Of a stretch of 64,000 bases of DNA, positions 1-12,340 are shown piece after piece. Positions within the stretch are counted from its first letter, which is position 1; each line of letters opens with the position of its first letter. The stretch is taken from NCBI GenBank assembly GCA_028534125.1, contig CM052816.1, positions 37,698,001-37,762,000 on the forward strand, read 5' to 3'. The DNA comes from Lama glama (taxonomy: Eukaryota). The position numbers were made by a program, and so were the translations under genes. A model generated the notes under the pieces. That model was not told where the DNA came from. It did no database searches and saw nothing but the letters and a program-made list of their open reading frames with translations.

Positions 1-344
1 ATGTTTCCCCCCACGCAGTAGGAGTTTGGTACCTGCAGAAAGGTAACCTCACCCTCAGTTCTTGTGTTCTGTCTGGCACAAGGTCTAGGAGTTAACACAG
101 CACAAACTACTTGGTGAAGTTTCTTTATCTTGGCATCAAAAATTGAAGAACATTTTTGGGATCCAAATTATTTGATAACAAAAATATACAGGCTCCAAGC
201 TATGTAAAGCTGTGTAAATACGTTGGGATTAAGTTCACTTTTTAAAATGGGTGAATAAGAGGGAGAGGCACAGAGAGAGTAGAATGAGCTAAGGCAGAGA
301 GATGAGAAAGAGCTTGCAAAAGAAAAGAGAAAAAAGAAAGACAA

Positions 345-498
345 AGTTCAGTAAAAACGCACAGTTTATGATTTACAATAATAATGATACTAGCAGAAAG
401 GCTTCCCAACAGAAAGACGTAGGGAAACCCATGTCGTGTTCCTTTTTGAGGTCAGTCGCCCTGTCTCTTCCCCAAAATGCTGTTGAGAAGCACTCATC
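345..498 (-). pseudogene. Gene A candidate transmembrane exon
   Basis: Acceptor ctgattacatttcag|GAT. Reads DECFSTAFWGRD and then, after a frameshift, GFPYVFLLGSLSASIIIIV, a hydrophobic TM-like stretch. Donor not identified. Confidence 0.45.
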
Positions 499-1378
499 CT
501 GAAATGTAATCAGTGTAAAACATGGTAGACTGTGGGAAATTATGACATGTCGTAAAAGAGTATTTGAAAATTTTGAGAAGAAGTAACGTTAAATACTAAA
601 AGGTAATGAAGGACACAAAATGGAGCGCTCTGTGAAACATTTCTCCAGAATTAGAAAAGCAGAAAACAGACGTGCTGTCATGGTGTCCTGAACACATGTG
701 ACTGTTTACCACACTGATAGACTCAAGTCTTCCCTCTGTCCTGGCACGCGGACTCCTTCAGGGAAGGGTGACTGTGGAAGCGACCATGCCTTCTTGAAGT
801 GCATTCTGGCGTCTTTCAGCTCACAGATTCACCGAGTTAAAACAGTTTTTGATTTTTACGATTTTTAAGTGGCTTTCCCACCTGGGGTGATAATATGGTG
901 ACCAACTAATAATAGATGCGTTCTGACCTGCTTAACAGTAATATTTCATGTGTGAATTAATTAATTAGTTTTCTGTCATAAAGAAAATCACATGTAAGTG
1001 TGGGTTGCAAAAACCAGGTTTCCCAGAGTTTCATGAGCTCAGTAGAAGCTCAGTATGAGAGGCGAGGGCCTTGTATATGTGGAAAACATACTAAAGTCCA
1101 GGAATTAGTTAATTCCAGTGTATACGCTAGAGCTACTGAGTGACCGTAAACACTTAGTTTTCAAGAAAATAAATGTGTCTTATTGGGACTTTAATGAAAT
1201 AAATATAATCATTTTCTTTTTACTGAAAACAGCACAGATTAAGGCCATAATGCTTTAAATTAATGGGAAAGTGTCGTTGTATTTAAACAGCAAAGAAAAA
1301 TAATCAGTATCTGCAGACTTACTGTCTGTTGATCTGCTTTAAATGACTCTCTCAAATAGTTCGGTTCACAAACCTCAC

Positions 1379-1778
1379 CTAACACAAGTACAAACCTGAT
1401 GTAAATATCTACAGGTTAATTGAACGACTGTAGTCATTCCTTGAGCTAGTTATTTGAATTTGAATTTGGCATGTGTGATGTATTATTTTCGCTTACTTTA
1501 GGGTAACGAGTCTACTTGGCAGGGATCCTAATGACCGATGACTGGCACTGTAAAGATTTTCCTAACAGAGTGATCATACAGAAACACGACTGAGAAGCAA
1601 ACAGTTGGGGTGGAAATAAGTAAGCCTTCAGCTGAGAATGTGCATTATGCAAGACCAATTCCATGAGCTGACTATAAACAGACACCAATATCAGGTTTCT
1701 AATGCTTTCTGGCTTAGGGTTCATTTTCTGCCAAGAAATGAAAGTCATTCGGAATTGTCCCCAGAAATTAATCTTCTG
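1379..1778 (-). pseudogene. Gene A exon 4 (disabled)
   Basis: Acceptor tttaacacatag and donor TTAG|gtgagg. One frame includes ...CFSVVFLYDHSVRKIFTVPVIGH*DPCQVDSLP..., with stops. Confidence 0.45.
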
Positions 1779-1957
1779 CTATGTGTTAAATCATATGTAT
1801 GAACTAGGCACAGGAAGCTGATGCAATAGTTTGTACCTTGAAGTCAGAAAATTTACCAATGTGCATGCTTTTTATAGTCGGTTTAACAGAGAGCAGACCC
1901 TTGGCTCCACACGAGGTATACATTAATAGCCTATCCTGAACATTCTGCATTCTTTAC

Positions 1958-2578
1958 CTGCCTCTCATTCCCCGTTCACAGTCATCATTTTCTTCATCTT
2001 ACCGTTCCTGTCGCCAATATCCGCGCTACAGGTTGGGGCTCCAGGAAAGCCATCTTCACAATCATCGGTGTGGTGATCTAATCCTCTTGTTTCGAGGGCT
2101 CACAAAACTGGATCAATAGTCCATTTCTTTCTGACATGGGCACACAGGCCTGCTGCCGCTCTGCTCTGGAGAGGGGAAATGCTAGGCGGCGTCATCATTT
2201 TTCCTTTTCAAGGGAACACCACTCCAAGTTTAGCAGAGATTCTTTGTATTTCTGTCTTTATAGTCTTAGCTCTAGTTTTCTTTGGGGCTCAGGAGTGTTG
2301 AGGAAAGCAACACTCTAGGTGTCATCTTAGCTGCTGGTCTTAAGATTTATTTTACTTCAGTTTCCACAGAGTGCTCTCCTCCCGTTGTGACTCCACAATC
2401 TGCAGAAATGTTCACTGTGTCTGTGTCTCATCGCTCATTTTTCCGTTAGATTTATCTGTAACTCTCTCTGCACTCCTGCAGCGCGTCCCTCGTCACTGCC
2501 CATGTGCATGGGTAAATGCAATCAGTGCTTTAGCACCAGAGGAGGTGGTGTGGGGTGAGGGTTTATGAGCTGGAGAAT
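1958..2578 (-). pseudogene. Gene A exon 3 (large, disabled)
   Basis: Acceptor tatttctctctagtag|AT and donor GGCAG|gtaaag. GC content is higher than the flanks. Reads DSPAHKPSPHTTSSGAKALIAFTHAHGQ*...GLDHHTDDCEDGFPGAPTCSADIGDRNG/DEENDDCERGMRG. Confidence 0.55.
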
Positions 2579-3416
2579 CTACTAGAGAGAAATAATTTAT
2601 TCTGCAAAATTTCTCCCTTCCCTATTAAGAATAACTATTGGATAAATTCCTGATTTTATAAAAGTTTATTTTCATTTTATATCAAATGACTGTCAAGTGA
2701 AAAGAATTATAATATTGTGAGATGGAAAGAGAGATTGGCTTATAGATCATGTCACATTAACATTCCAGGAGAACAGGAACTGAGTCTACTCACTACTTTT
2801 CATAGCCAGGGCATATCAAAGATTTGTAACAGCTTCTCCATTTACGGGGTAGGTACAGGCCAAATACAGTTGCCTCACTTTATTTCATAAAGAAGGAATA
2901 TAGTAAACAGCAAATCAGTAAGTTTACATGTTAAAGCTCTAGTCAACAATGACCTATAATTTTAAAAGCTGTCATTATCTAAAAATAGCTCATACCTTTT
3001 TAATTGGCAATAAAATGATGACATGCCCCAAAAGTGGGTTGACTCTAAATGCTTTACATGCATTCAGCTCTTTAGCCTCCTCATAAGTATAGGACAGGTA
3101 GGCTCATACTTGCTCTGCTTTCCTTACCCCACAAGATGAGAGATTACAAATAAAACAAGAAAAAAATCAGTAAATAATCTCTACAGCTCCCGAAACATGA
3201 CTGCCAAGCATGTGAAAGAGAAACAACCAAATAGAAAACTCATGAACAGTCTGGTTTTCTTTTTTAAATTCCTTCATCTATTAAAATTCGCCCTAAGCCA
3301 GACCTACTGCTTTTACAAGCTCATGTTTTTTCTCTAGCTCCAAAGATCAGCAAAGCCAGTGACAAAGAAAGAATATGTATACATATCTATACTATATATA
3401 GTATGTATTTTATACT

Positions 3417-3418
<2 letters not shown>

Positions 3419-3452
<34 letters not shown>
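3419..3452. repeat. (AC)17 microsatellite
   Basis: Read directly from the sequence. Confidence 0.95.
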
Positions 3453-3454
<2 letters not shown>

Positions 3455-3689
3455 AAGAGTGCTGGGGCAGAGAGAGAGAAAGAAAGGTGAAGAGAAAGAA
3501 AGAGAACAAGCTATCAGGAAGTAGTTCTACATAAATAATAGACTGAAACAATCACTGTAAAAGAATAATATATTTAGAGTAAAGGCATTTATTGAGATTT
3601 TTATGCCACCATACAATTAAATACTTTAATTATATTCTCTCTGTGATAGGCTATTCATTCCCACAATAGCCAAACCTGTAAAGTCGATA

Positions 3690-3830
3690 GCATTATCCCC
3701 ATTTCATAAATCAGGGAATTTAAGCTTAGACAGCTTACATATCCTGTCCAAAATCGCCCTCTGAGTTAGGGGCCAGGTCAGAATTTCAATCCATGATTGA
3801 CTCGGAAGCACTCCTTTTCATTACACAATC
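3690..3830 (-). mobile_element. MIR SINE fragment
   Basis: cattatccccatttcataaatcagggaatttaagcttagac...gaatttcaatccat matches the reverse MIR core. Confidence 0.6.
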
Positions 3831-4029
3831 CTGTCTCTTATTCCACCTGGGAGGTTTCATTATCTGAAGTATGTTTTAGAGCGTTTACTAATGGTTTACT
3901 AAGACATACTTGAAACATAATGAAAGTATAGTCTTATTTTTAAATAATGTCTACGTTTTACATTTTTAAAAGTAAGACATGAGGGTTGTAGAGTTTAAAA
4001 GATAATAATAAAAATGATAGGCACTTTAC

Positions 4030-4484
4030 CTGGACTTGGTGACAGAGAACCGACCCAGTGTATCTAGTGCAGTTATTTCTTCATCACTTTTCACCGATTC
4101 TGCAGGATTTCTTCTTCAAATGCCATGTACAAGTGAAATGTGGTGTGCAGAGCCTTTGTCAAAATGTTGGTGGTTTAGCTGTTCACTCTACTGAACTGGG
4201 TCTGAATTATCCTCTCCTCTTATGACCTGGCTCTCTGTGAGCAAGTAGCAAAATTATTCCCAAAGAATAAAAACGGCTTGCAATTTTTATCTATCAGAAA
4301 TGGTTTCTGAGAAGCCAGAAACTCTCGAGTGCGCTGATCCCAGACCTCACCCTGTCTCTTCATTATCTCTAGCAGATTTTGTGTCCAAGCATGTTAGATC
4401 CCTTACCATCCACTGCCTTCTATTGCAGGTCTTCTTGTATCACTGAGAATTAGACTCTTTTGACTGCATATGGCATGAAAGATG
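4030..4484 (-). pseudogene. Gene A exon 2 (disabled)
   Basis: Acceptor ttttactttcactcttcttag|CA and donor CCAG|gtaaag. Best frame reads ASFMPYAVKRV*...IMKRQGEVWDQRTREFLASQKPFLIDKNCKPFLFFGNNF...HWVGSLSPSP, with several stops and a frameshift. Confidence 0.55.
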
Positions 4485-5801
4485 CTAAGAAGAGTGAAAG
4501 TAAAATTAAATAACATTGACGAGTCAGATTTTTTTCCTTTTTGTGTATTTGTACTAGATATGGGCAGATAGGAGACCGAGACATTTTTTTAATTAACTGG
4601 TAGGGTCCCTACTTTCTGATAGCCTGTGTCAACATCTTTTCCTATCTTCCTTCTAAATGGCTGTGTCGATCTCAATAAATGTTAGCTAACCGTTACACTA
4701 ATGATACATAGTAATGTGAGGAAATTTATCCGACTTAGCATAATTAGAAATAATTATTCACAGATGTTGACAAAGTATTGGTTATGGTGTTCATGGTGTG
4801 TATGACCACATTTTTTCTGATGGAAGATTGGAAAGCTTTAGAACGCGTAACTTTCACCGCAATTGGAAGAGCTTTCAAGGTATTTGTTTTTATACATCCT
4901 TTCCTCATACAAAATTACTTCTTCATCAAAACAAAGAATCTATATTTATAGTTAAATCTGTCTACATATAAAATGCGGTATCAACTGAGTTGCTAAATAT
5001 TTAAATAAATATATCAATTATGTACCTCAGGGCTTTTGTAAGGATTGTAATTTATAAACGTAATTAATAAAGAAGTTACTAAGACTCCACTGAATTTACA
5101 AAATGTACTATGGGGCATTTACTCAACCTATTCAGAGTAGAACTATATAAATAATTCAAACTGCTACACTTGTCAGAGTAAATGAGCAAAATCTATTTTG
5201 ATGTAATGATCTTGTTTACTCACTAATTTGATGGAGCTACTATTTTCCCATAGATTTTCCATCAAGGAAAATGAAGGTATATCTATATATTTTAGGCATA
5301 TGTAAAACATACACTATAGGTTATATTTATGCTACATAATGGGAAGGATGTCTCAGGAAACTGCATCTCTTCTGTAGACAAGCCACGTAACACTGAGCTA
5401 ATTAATGGTCACTGGGCATGGTGAGCAGGGGTTATTTCAGTTTGATAATATAAAGTATTTAAGAGTGTAGTCTAAAACATTATGTTCAATTTTTAAACCT
5501 AATTTATTTTTATCCTCATTAAAATATTTATGCCCCAAATTATGAAAAAAGCAAATTTGTTGAATCAGTGACTTTTTTACTCAATAAAATGATTATTTTT
5601 TTTTCCCAAATAGTTACTAACATAGTATATGGTATTCTAGTACCATCCTCTTTCAGGGTAAAATCTCATGCTCTTGGGAAACACGATGGTAAAGCCTTCC
5701 TGTGCAGATTATCTCTAGGCTAAAAATCTTTAATAGCCTGCTCACTAGTGTGCTGGGATGAAAATGTTAAGGTGCCGTCTTGACATTGTCCATTTTCTTA
5801 C

Positions 5802-5976
5802 CCATCGTGTGTGGAAAAGCTGCTTTCAGTATCAGTAGAAAAGCCAGAAAAGAAATTATGGACTCATCACATATGTTACACAGCAGAGTGAACTGCATGT
5901 ATTCAAATTCTTCCAGCCATAGAAAGCTTTTTGAAGCTTCCTTCTCTCTCCAGTCAGGCATTTTGCTGCTTGACAT
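5802..5976 (-). pseudogene. Gene A exon 1: open 58-codon ORF ending in a signal-peptide-like segment
   Basis: MSSSK...ESIISFLAFLLILKAAFPHTM-G followed directly by the donor ATG G|gtaaga. A hydrophobic core with a phase-1 junction is typical of signal-peptide exons. Confidence 0.6.
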
Positions 5977-6077
5977 TGCTGATTTTTACAACCCCATATA
6001 AATTACTTCATTTACTAACATCTGAGGATATAAAACACCTTGGAAATCTGCTTCCAGTTTTCATAAGGGTGAGGCTC

Positions 6078-6084
6078 CTTTATA
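6078..6084 (-). promoter_or_regulatory. Candidate TATA box of gene A
   Basis: TATAAAG on the minus strand about 100 bp upstream of the exon-1 ATG at 5976. The AT-rich background makes chance matches common. Confidence 0.35.
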
Positions 6085-8299
6085 CTTAACAGACACACTG
6101 GCACACATGAGCACACACAGGCAAAAACTCATGATTTTTAAATATAGTTGTGATCAGTTCAATGATTAAATCAATCAATAGAAAAACTCAAAAAATTAAC
6201 TTCTGGGAGAAGAAGGGAGGGAGGAACGAGAATGTACTATACATATGCAACATCATCAGCTTCACACAGGGAAGTTCATTTGACACCATCTGTAAGTTTA
6301 CACCTTACAGCAGTGTCTGAGGCACAGTAAGTGCGACCAGGTGAAAAGTGGGGAATACTAAAGATTACCCTTTGGTCTTGGATCTGAGGTGCACACTGAA
6401 CAGGAATAGATTCTGTGTTCACCATTTCTGCAGTTTCTGTAAACTCTGTAAATTTCCTTTGGGTCGAAGATGATTATATCCATATTAAAATATAATTATC
6501 ACGGAATGTATTTATAAACATGTTGAAAGATTATGTCAACACACTGATTCCCAAATATTAGTAATTTTTACAAATAACCCAAAAAAACTAATCATCTCAG
6601 ATCCAACTACACACAGGTGTATGTAAAATTTCTGAACAGTTCAATTGTTGTGTTTATTGTTGCTCCATGACTTGAGTAAAATTTTTGGTTCTCTGGCTTA
6701 AAAAGTCACATCACGAAATAATCATGTTCTCTTGGATTTGGTAATGATAGGCATCTGTGTGAGAAGTTAAGATCATAGCAAAATTATATAAAAGATACAC
6801 ATTACTGAAAGGAAGCAAAGTGATATGAGGTTGAAGAACTATTTCTATTCAATATTTCATATTATCTCAAAATATATAATTATGTATGAGATTAATGCTA
6901 TTTCAGAGTACACACTATAAATACTGTGTACCAACATCATGTATAATTGAAAAGTATATGTCTTTGTGTCCATAAATTGAGGAATTATCAGGCAGAAATT
7001 ATCTATTATTTAATGACCTTGAGTCATGCACTGCCATCAAATATAGCTGCAAAAACATATGCATTGTTTTATATTGCATGGACCAAAATTAAACCCGCAT
7101 TGTACTATCCAGTTTAATTTCCTAATGTTACTTTGAAAAGTTTTCTTTATGTTTAATTTTGTAGACAGATTTTTTTTCAAATTATTTGATGAGGAGACAC
7201 AGTATGATTCTATCTTACTTTCTCCTTTTAACTGCTCCTTCCATTACCTCACTCATATATTTCTTTTTTCCAATCCTTGTTCCTCTTTTCACAAGTTTCT
7301 CTTGTGGAAAAGAGTGGAAAAAAAAATCCACACACACATCCACACATATACATACATACATATGCATATACATATATAGAGAGAGGAAGTTAATAGTGTT
7401 GCCATTGAAGCAAATGAAGATCGGGAATTAAGTGAAAACGTTTGATAACAATGTTAATCTTCTAATCCTGAAAAAGCCTAATCTATGACACATGTACATA
7501 GAGCTATTGGTATAAAAGTAGAAACTAAATTGACTGTGACGTGGTAGAAATGGTCGGTGTGTTTTTTTAGCCAAGTCTTTTTCATAGATAAACATAGTTG
7601 AAACTAAATTAACCATGAAAATTGTTACGTTTGGTAGAGGCACATGGTGCTGAGTAGCTCAGCAACATCAGAATTCTGATATATTCCTACATGAATATTT
7701 TTATAAAGTAGGTTTTGATTAATGTATATTTATATCATATATTATTGTAGTTAATCAGTGCATATGCCCCAAATTTTAGTATATACTGAAAGTTACTCTA
7801 ATGATACTAATTGAGAAAAATAAGTATCAGGAAAAATATCACGGGAAAAGTTCTCTTTTTGATTAACATTTACCACATATATACATATATATGGGTATAT
7901 ATGCATATGTACTTGTGCATGTGTGTGAATATTAATGTTTCAGAATAAAATAAAATTTTAATGCTATCGGTTAAGGTTCACCTAGTCAGTCCATGGCTTG
8001 CCATCTTATGGAATGTATGAAATCATAAAACCTCATATGGGGAATTGAAAATATTTGTTATGAGACCAGGCCTTTTTTATGTGAATAAATTATGAGATAT
8101 TACAAATTAAGCTTGGAATGAATAGAACCATTAGAAAAATAATAAGGCTAGAGTAACTAAAACATTGTTCTGTGAGCATTTACCAATTAAAAATTACAGT
8201 TTTTGTTTAAAATTAATTTTCAATATATAAAGTTGTTTTAGATGGTAATCTGAATGTATTTAGCTGTTTATTTAGAGAAGCTAGTAATTAAGTCATTAG

Positions 8300-8684
8300 G
8301 GTGTTGAACAAATATGTTTTGTAGGGCACCATCAGAGATTGCCCTTCTGACTTTCTTGTATTTGAGTAGGGCCATGTGGCGAGTTCTGGACCAAGAGCTG
8401 TAGGTAGTAAGTTCTTTATGTTACTTTTAAGCCTACAGTTGAACTGCAGGTATAAGACACTCCAGAGTGCTTTATTTTTTTCTCTGGCATGAACATGGAA
8501 AATATTTGAAATGTAAGCTGCCCCATCCGTTTGGTTTCCTGAGCAAATATAATCATCAGAGACTTTACCAGTGACTCTTGATGGACACATAAGTTGTGTA
8601 AGAAATAAACTTTGTCATTCTAAGACAGTAAAATTTCGGGCTTGGATATTGATGTGCCCTCATCTAGCCTGACCTGACTGAAAC
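8300..8684 (+). mobile_element. MaLR LTR (old MLT1 subfamily)
   Basis: gggccatgtggcgagttctggacc...aagaaataaactttgtcattctaagac...tagcctgacctgactgaaaca, a typical MLT1 3' end. Confidence 0.7.
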
Positions 8685-8699
8685 ACTTTAAAAATCACC

Positions 8700-9470
8700 T
8701 TCTGCTGTAGATTTTGATGCCACTGAGAATGAACACAATGAGGCAAATGGAGCAATGGTTAGTGTTCTACTTAGGAGGGAATAGCTGGATTTGAGAAAGA
8801 TTATTAAACATATAATTAGAAGGAAATTTCCTGCTCTTTTCTTCTTGTATTATTGCAATTACTCTGTAGGATCTCCAGGTTTACTAAGAAATTCAACTGT
8901 CTCTCTCCTTTGCAGCTCAGGTTTAGCAGTAGGAAAAGTGGTCGTAGAGGTGGGCTCTTTAACATCCACATGTGTGATCTGAGCCTGGACTAATGGAGAG
9001 TCAACAACCAAAAGCCATTTGGTTACCATAATGAGATGTAAAATTCAAGGGGCAGTCACTGGGGCTTGACCTACAGGGACTTGTAAAGATAATTAATAAA
9101 TGATACCCCTAGGGGTAAGCTATACAGATAGCCAACGAGGGTATCTATTAACATCGATAGCCAGAAACTATATGAATGAAAAAAACAGGAGATTGAAGGC
9201 AGTTACCACATGTCCCAAAGAGGAAGGACTCGGCAATTCTGTAGCAAGACTCTATCATAATCATTCACACAGTGGTTTTTGTTATTGGTGGTGGTATTCT
9301 GTTTGTTTGGTTGGATTTTAATGAGCTTATATCCACTAACTTAAGTTCCTGAATATTGTAGAAGGCATTATAAGGACTATAGGCCCTAGATTCTGAGTTG
9401 ACATTAGTACCTGGATATGCAAAGCATCATCTTCATGCCCCTGTTAGAGTGGCTTGCAAGGGCCAGGTGT
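8700..9470 (+). mobile_element. MaLR/ERVL internal remnant with protease-like motif
   Basis: Follows the MLT1 LTR. About 9389-9468 translates DSELTLVPGYAKHHLHAPVRVACKGQ, resembling the ERVL protease region (GSELTLIPGDPKHHCGPPVRVGAYGGQ, recalled). Confidence 0.55.
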
Positions 9471-9599
9471 TCCTAAACTAAATATACTTAGAGTGAATAA
9501 TGAACAGTCAAAATAACAAATAGATACCTTTCCAAAACCTTTCCCAAATGTACTGACCCTTGTGTATGTATTATACATCTTGGTTACTAGAACTACTTA

Positions 9600-10240
9600 C
9601 TATTTTGCCAGCTGAGCAAGCTAGGACCCCCTAGTGTCATCCTTAACACCCCACTAACTCTTACTGTCAATCAATCATTCACATCCTTTGATTTTACTGG
9701 ACTTATGTGCCTTGAACTGATCAAACTTTTATTGTTTCTTATACAGCCTCCTTCCAGTCTCAGGTTTCCAAAATATATTCCAAAGACATGATGAATCAAT
9801 TTATCAAAAATACAAATTTAGACACATCTCTTTCCTGCCAAAAATCTTTCAGTGGCTCCAATAGCACTTAGGACAAATTCCAAACTCCTTACTTTTGCAA
9901 GGGCATTCATAGACTAGCCCCCACCTAACTTTCAAACTTCATCTCTCAACACCCTCCCAAAAACTCCAACTCCAGTCTGAAAACCCATGCTCCCACCATG
10001 TTAGACTGCTTGAGTTCCTCATCTTCCTCCTGGAAGCTTTCCATGACCCTGACAGCTAGATTAAGTGCACTCATCTGTGCCCTCATATCATCCAAGGCTT
10101 ATCCTATCTGAGCAGTCATTATGTTTAAACGTTAGTATATTTATTTTTCTCTCCCATTAAAGTATTTTATTTATCTAGTACCTAGTATTTTCCCAGATAC
10201 ACATGTTAGATATCCAGCAGATGGTTTTTAAACGAAATGT
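9600..10240 (-). mobile_element. L2 LINE 3' fragment
   Basis: aaaatctttcagtggctcc...caaattccaaactcctt...cctcctggaagctttccatgaccc, reverse L2 3' motifs. Confidence 0.65.
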
Positions 10241-10749
10241 TATTTCAAAACATTCTAAAATCCTTGAAATAAAAGAGAAAGTTAACTTTTGGAGATTTAT
10301 TACCTTACAATACCTCGAATGGAGGATGTATCACATGCAAATAAATCAGCATTTGTAATTTAAATGTAACTTAACTGTAAACATGGAATTAATAGAAATA
10401 ATGATCTCACTTAAACCAGTAAGTGATTTTTCTTGCATCTTTACTACAGACTGTGGAAATAAATGTTTAAGACATAGCATCTGAATGAAGTCAGTTGTTG
10501 GCCAAAAATAGTTACTGTTTTTGTTTGTTTTCTGTTGGGTTACCAGGCTTATGCAAAGTCTTCATAGTACATATCCGCAGTATATTATAGTTTGAGTTAT
10601 CTTTGCCAACCCATATGAAATCCACAAGATTTGAGAACCAAGAGGGCACATCTGTGCCACAAAATGCTCTGCTACTTAACGTGAGAGTAGTCATTCCAGG
10701 CTCAGAACTGTGTGTGCAGTGAACACTCCTGTCTTAGACATTTAGGAAC

Positions 10750-11035
10750 CTCCTCTTTGGAGTGTAGTATGTTTAGCCTCTGCCCTGTGCCCTTCAGGTA
10801 GAGCAGCCTTTCTGGTTCTCCTATCAAGGATATGCGTTTCTTCTTCTGAGAGGGTTGGGTGGTTATTCACACAGTTCCATCCTGTCTCACATCTGGGTGA
10901 TGCTGCTTGCTAGGACTTTTCATCTCATGAGTGTGGAGGAGGGAGAAGAGAAAGAGACCTTGGCCAGTTTATCGAGGAAGAGAATCATTTTTAAAAATCA
11001 TGGCTTTCATTATAGCACTCCTCTCAGAATCTCTC
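10750..11035 (-). pseudogene. Exon-like segment, possibly the 3' part of gene B
   Basis: Acceptor ctttttaacacttag|G. About 95 codons with only 2 stops: RDSERSAIMKAMIFKNDSLPR*...KKKRISLIGEPERLLYLKGTGQRLNILHSKEE. Donor is weak. Confidence 0.4.
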
Positions 11036-11099
11036 CTAAGTGTTAAAAAGTGGAATGTCTGCTGGGTGGAGAGGAAGTAACGTCCACCGCCCTTAGTAA

Positions 11100-11310
11100 G
11101 CACAACTGGCAGTTAGGGAGTCAGAGCTAGATATGATTTCCACTTCTTCACTCCGTAGCTGTGAGATTGAATCTGAGTTCGCTGGTTCTCTTAAGCTTCA
11201 GTTTCCTCATATGTAAAATTAGTATAATGATACCTACTCACCAGCTTTTTTCTCACTTAGAAATTATATATGATGATGTATATAATGCACTTAATTTAGT
11301 GTCTGATGCA
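11100..11310 (+). mobile_element. MIR SINE
   Basis: gggagtcagagctagat...ctcttaagcttcagtttcctcatatgtaaaattagtataatgatacctactcac, the MIR core. Confidence 0.8.
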
Positions 11311-11432
11311 GCAAAAGGCAAAGAATGCGACATCCATTCTGATTAATAACCTTTCCTCTCTGCTAGGCACCCTGAAAAACTGGGCTGTAGCCAACATAGG
11401 TTGTACTCCAGGACACCCTTCTATTAACATAC

Positions 11433-11565
11433 CTGCTTGCTGTCATCTGTTAGTGGATAACTTCGTAACAACAAAGGCCATCCTATGCCCTGGGCCCCGC
11501 TGCTGCTCTCTGTTGTGATCTAGGGTGCTTTATTGGTGTTTGTGTTGCTAGTGTCGCTGCTGCTG
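11433..11565 (-). pseudogene. Exon-like segment, possibly the 3' part of gene B
   Basis: Strong donor CAG|gtatgt. One-stop frame SSSDTSNTNTNKAP*ITTESSSGAQGIGWPLLLRSYPLTDDSKQ. Confidence 0.4.
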
Positions 11566-12169
11566 CTCATAAAAAACAGATTTAGCTAAGTGTAGTCTTT
11601 GGTGTCATAGATAGAGGGTGATCCCCTCTTTAAATTGTTTCTGTGTGGGTGAGGACAGGGAATTAATTTGAATGCAGCATTGGACATAAGGACCGAAAAG
11701 AGTCTCAGAAAAACAAAATACTTGAGACGTCTTGGAGAAGAGACTTGGAACGCATGTATCTTTCTGCAGAAGTATTATTAGCAACACACAGAAGGAATAG
11801 TTTCTAAAAAATGCCTGATATCACTAACAGTGATGCAGCAATGTGTACTTAGTCAATATGATCAGTATATGAGCAGAAGTATCAGATTGAGAACCCAAAG
11901 TAATTTCCCTCTATTTTTTATTCCAAATAGTGTAATCTATATGATCATATTAATCCTATATTTTCAATAATTGACTTCATTTTGATTGTTTATATATGTA
12001 GTGGCACTTAGCAGTTTTAACTTAGGTCATTTGGGAAGGTAATGCTAGAACCACTATTATTTCATTGTCTTCTCCACAAAACAATAAAACATTTTTTAAG
12101 CTTTCTTTCCTTAATTGCCTGTTCAAGTTTAGTTTATGCTTGGTTTGTATAAAGAATGACTGTCCTTAC

Positions 12170-12340
12170 CCTGGAGGGGCACAGGACGCCTAGGAAGTGT
12201 CTGGCTATATGCTGGCACTTCACTAACTTCTCCTACACTGAAGGAGATCCAGGCCCTTACTGTAAGGAGGGAGGAGTGACCATTAGGGTTTGCGGGTTAG
12301 TCACTCGTTGGTTCTGCCTTAACCTTCACTCTAGGATTGC
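12170..12340 (-). pseudogene. Exon-like segment, possibly the 3' part of gene B
   Basis: Long pyrimidine tract upstream on the minus strand and donor CAGG|gtaagg. One-stop frame SNPRVKVKAEPTSD*PANP...QTLPRRPVPLQ. Confidence 0.4.

Larger units (their letters stand above)
1..5976 (-). pseudogene. Disabled multi-exon gene A, predicted type-I membrane protein of unidentified family; continues beyond the left window edge
   Basis: Minus-strand exon-like blocks: 5976-5802, 4484-4030, 2578-1958, 1778-1379, ~830-710 (weak), 498-~345 and 32->1. Most have a polypyrimidine-AG acceptor and a GT donor (gtaaga, gtaaag, gtaaag, gtgagg). The exon 1-2 and 2-3 junctions read as phase 1. Internal exons carry multiple stops and frameshifts. 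Confidence 0.6.

Noticed and set aside
1965..2080. DDCEDGFPGAPTC...DEENDDC as a MopE-like metal-binding or EGF-like repeat
   Set aside because: Spacing does not fit either pattern and a frameshift intervenes; too weak to name a domain.
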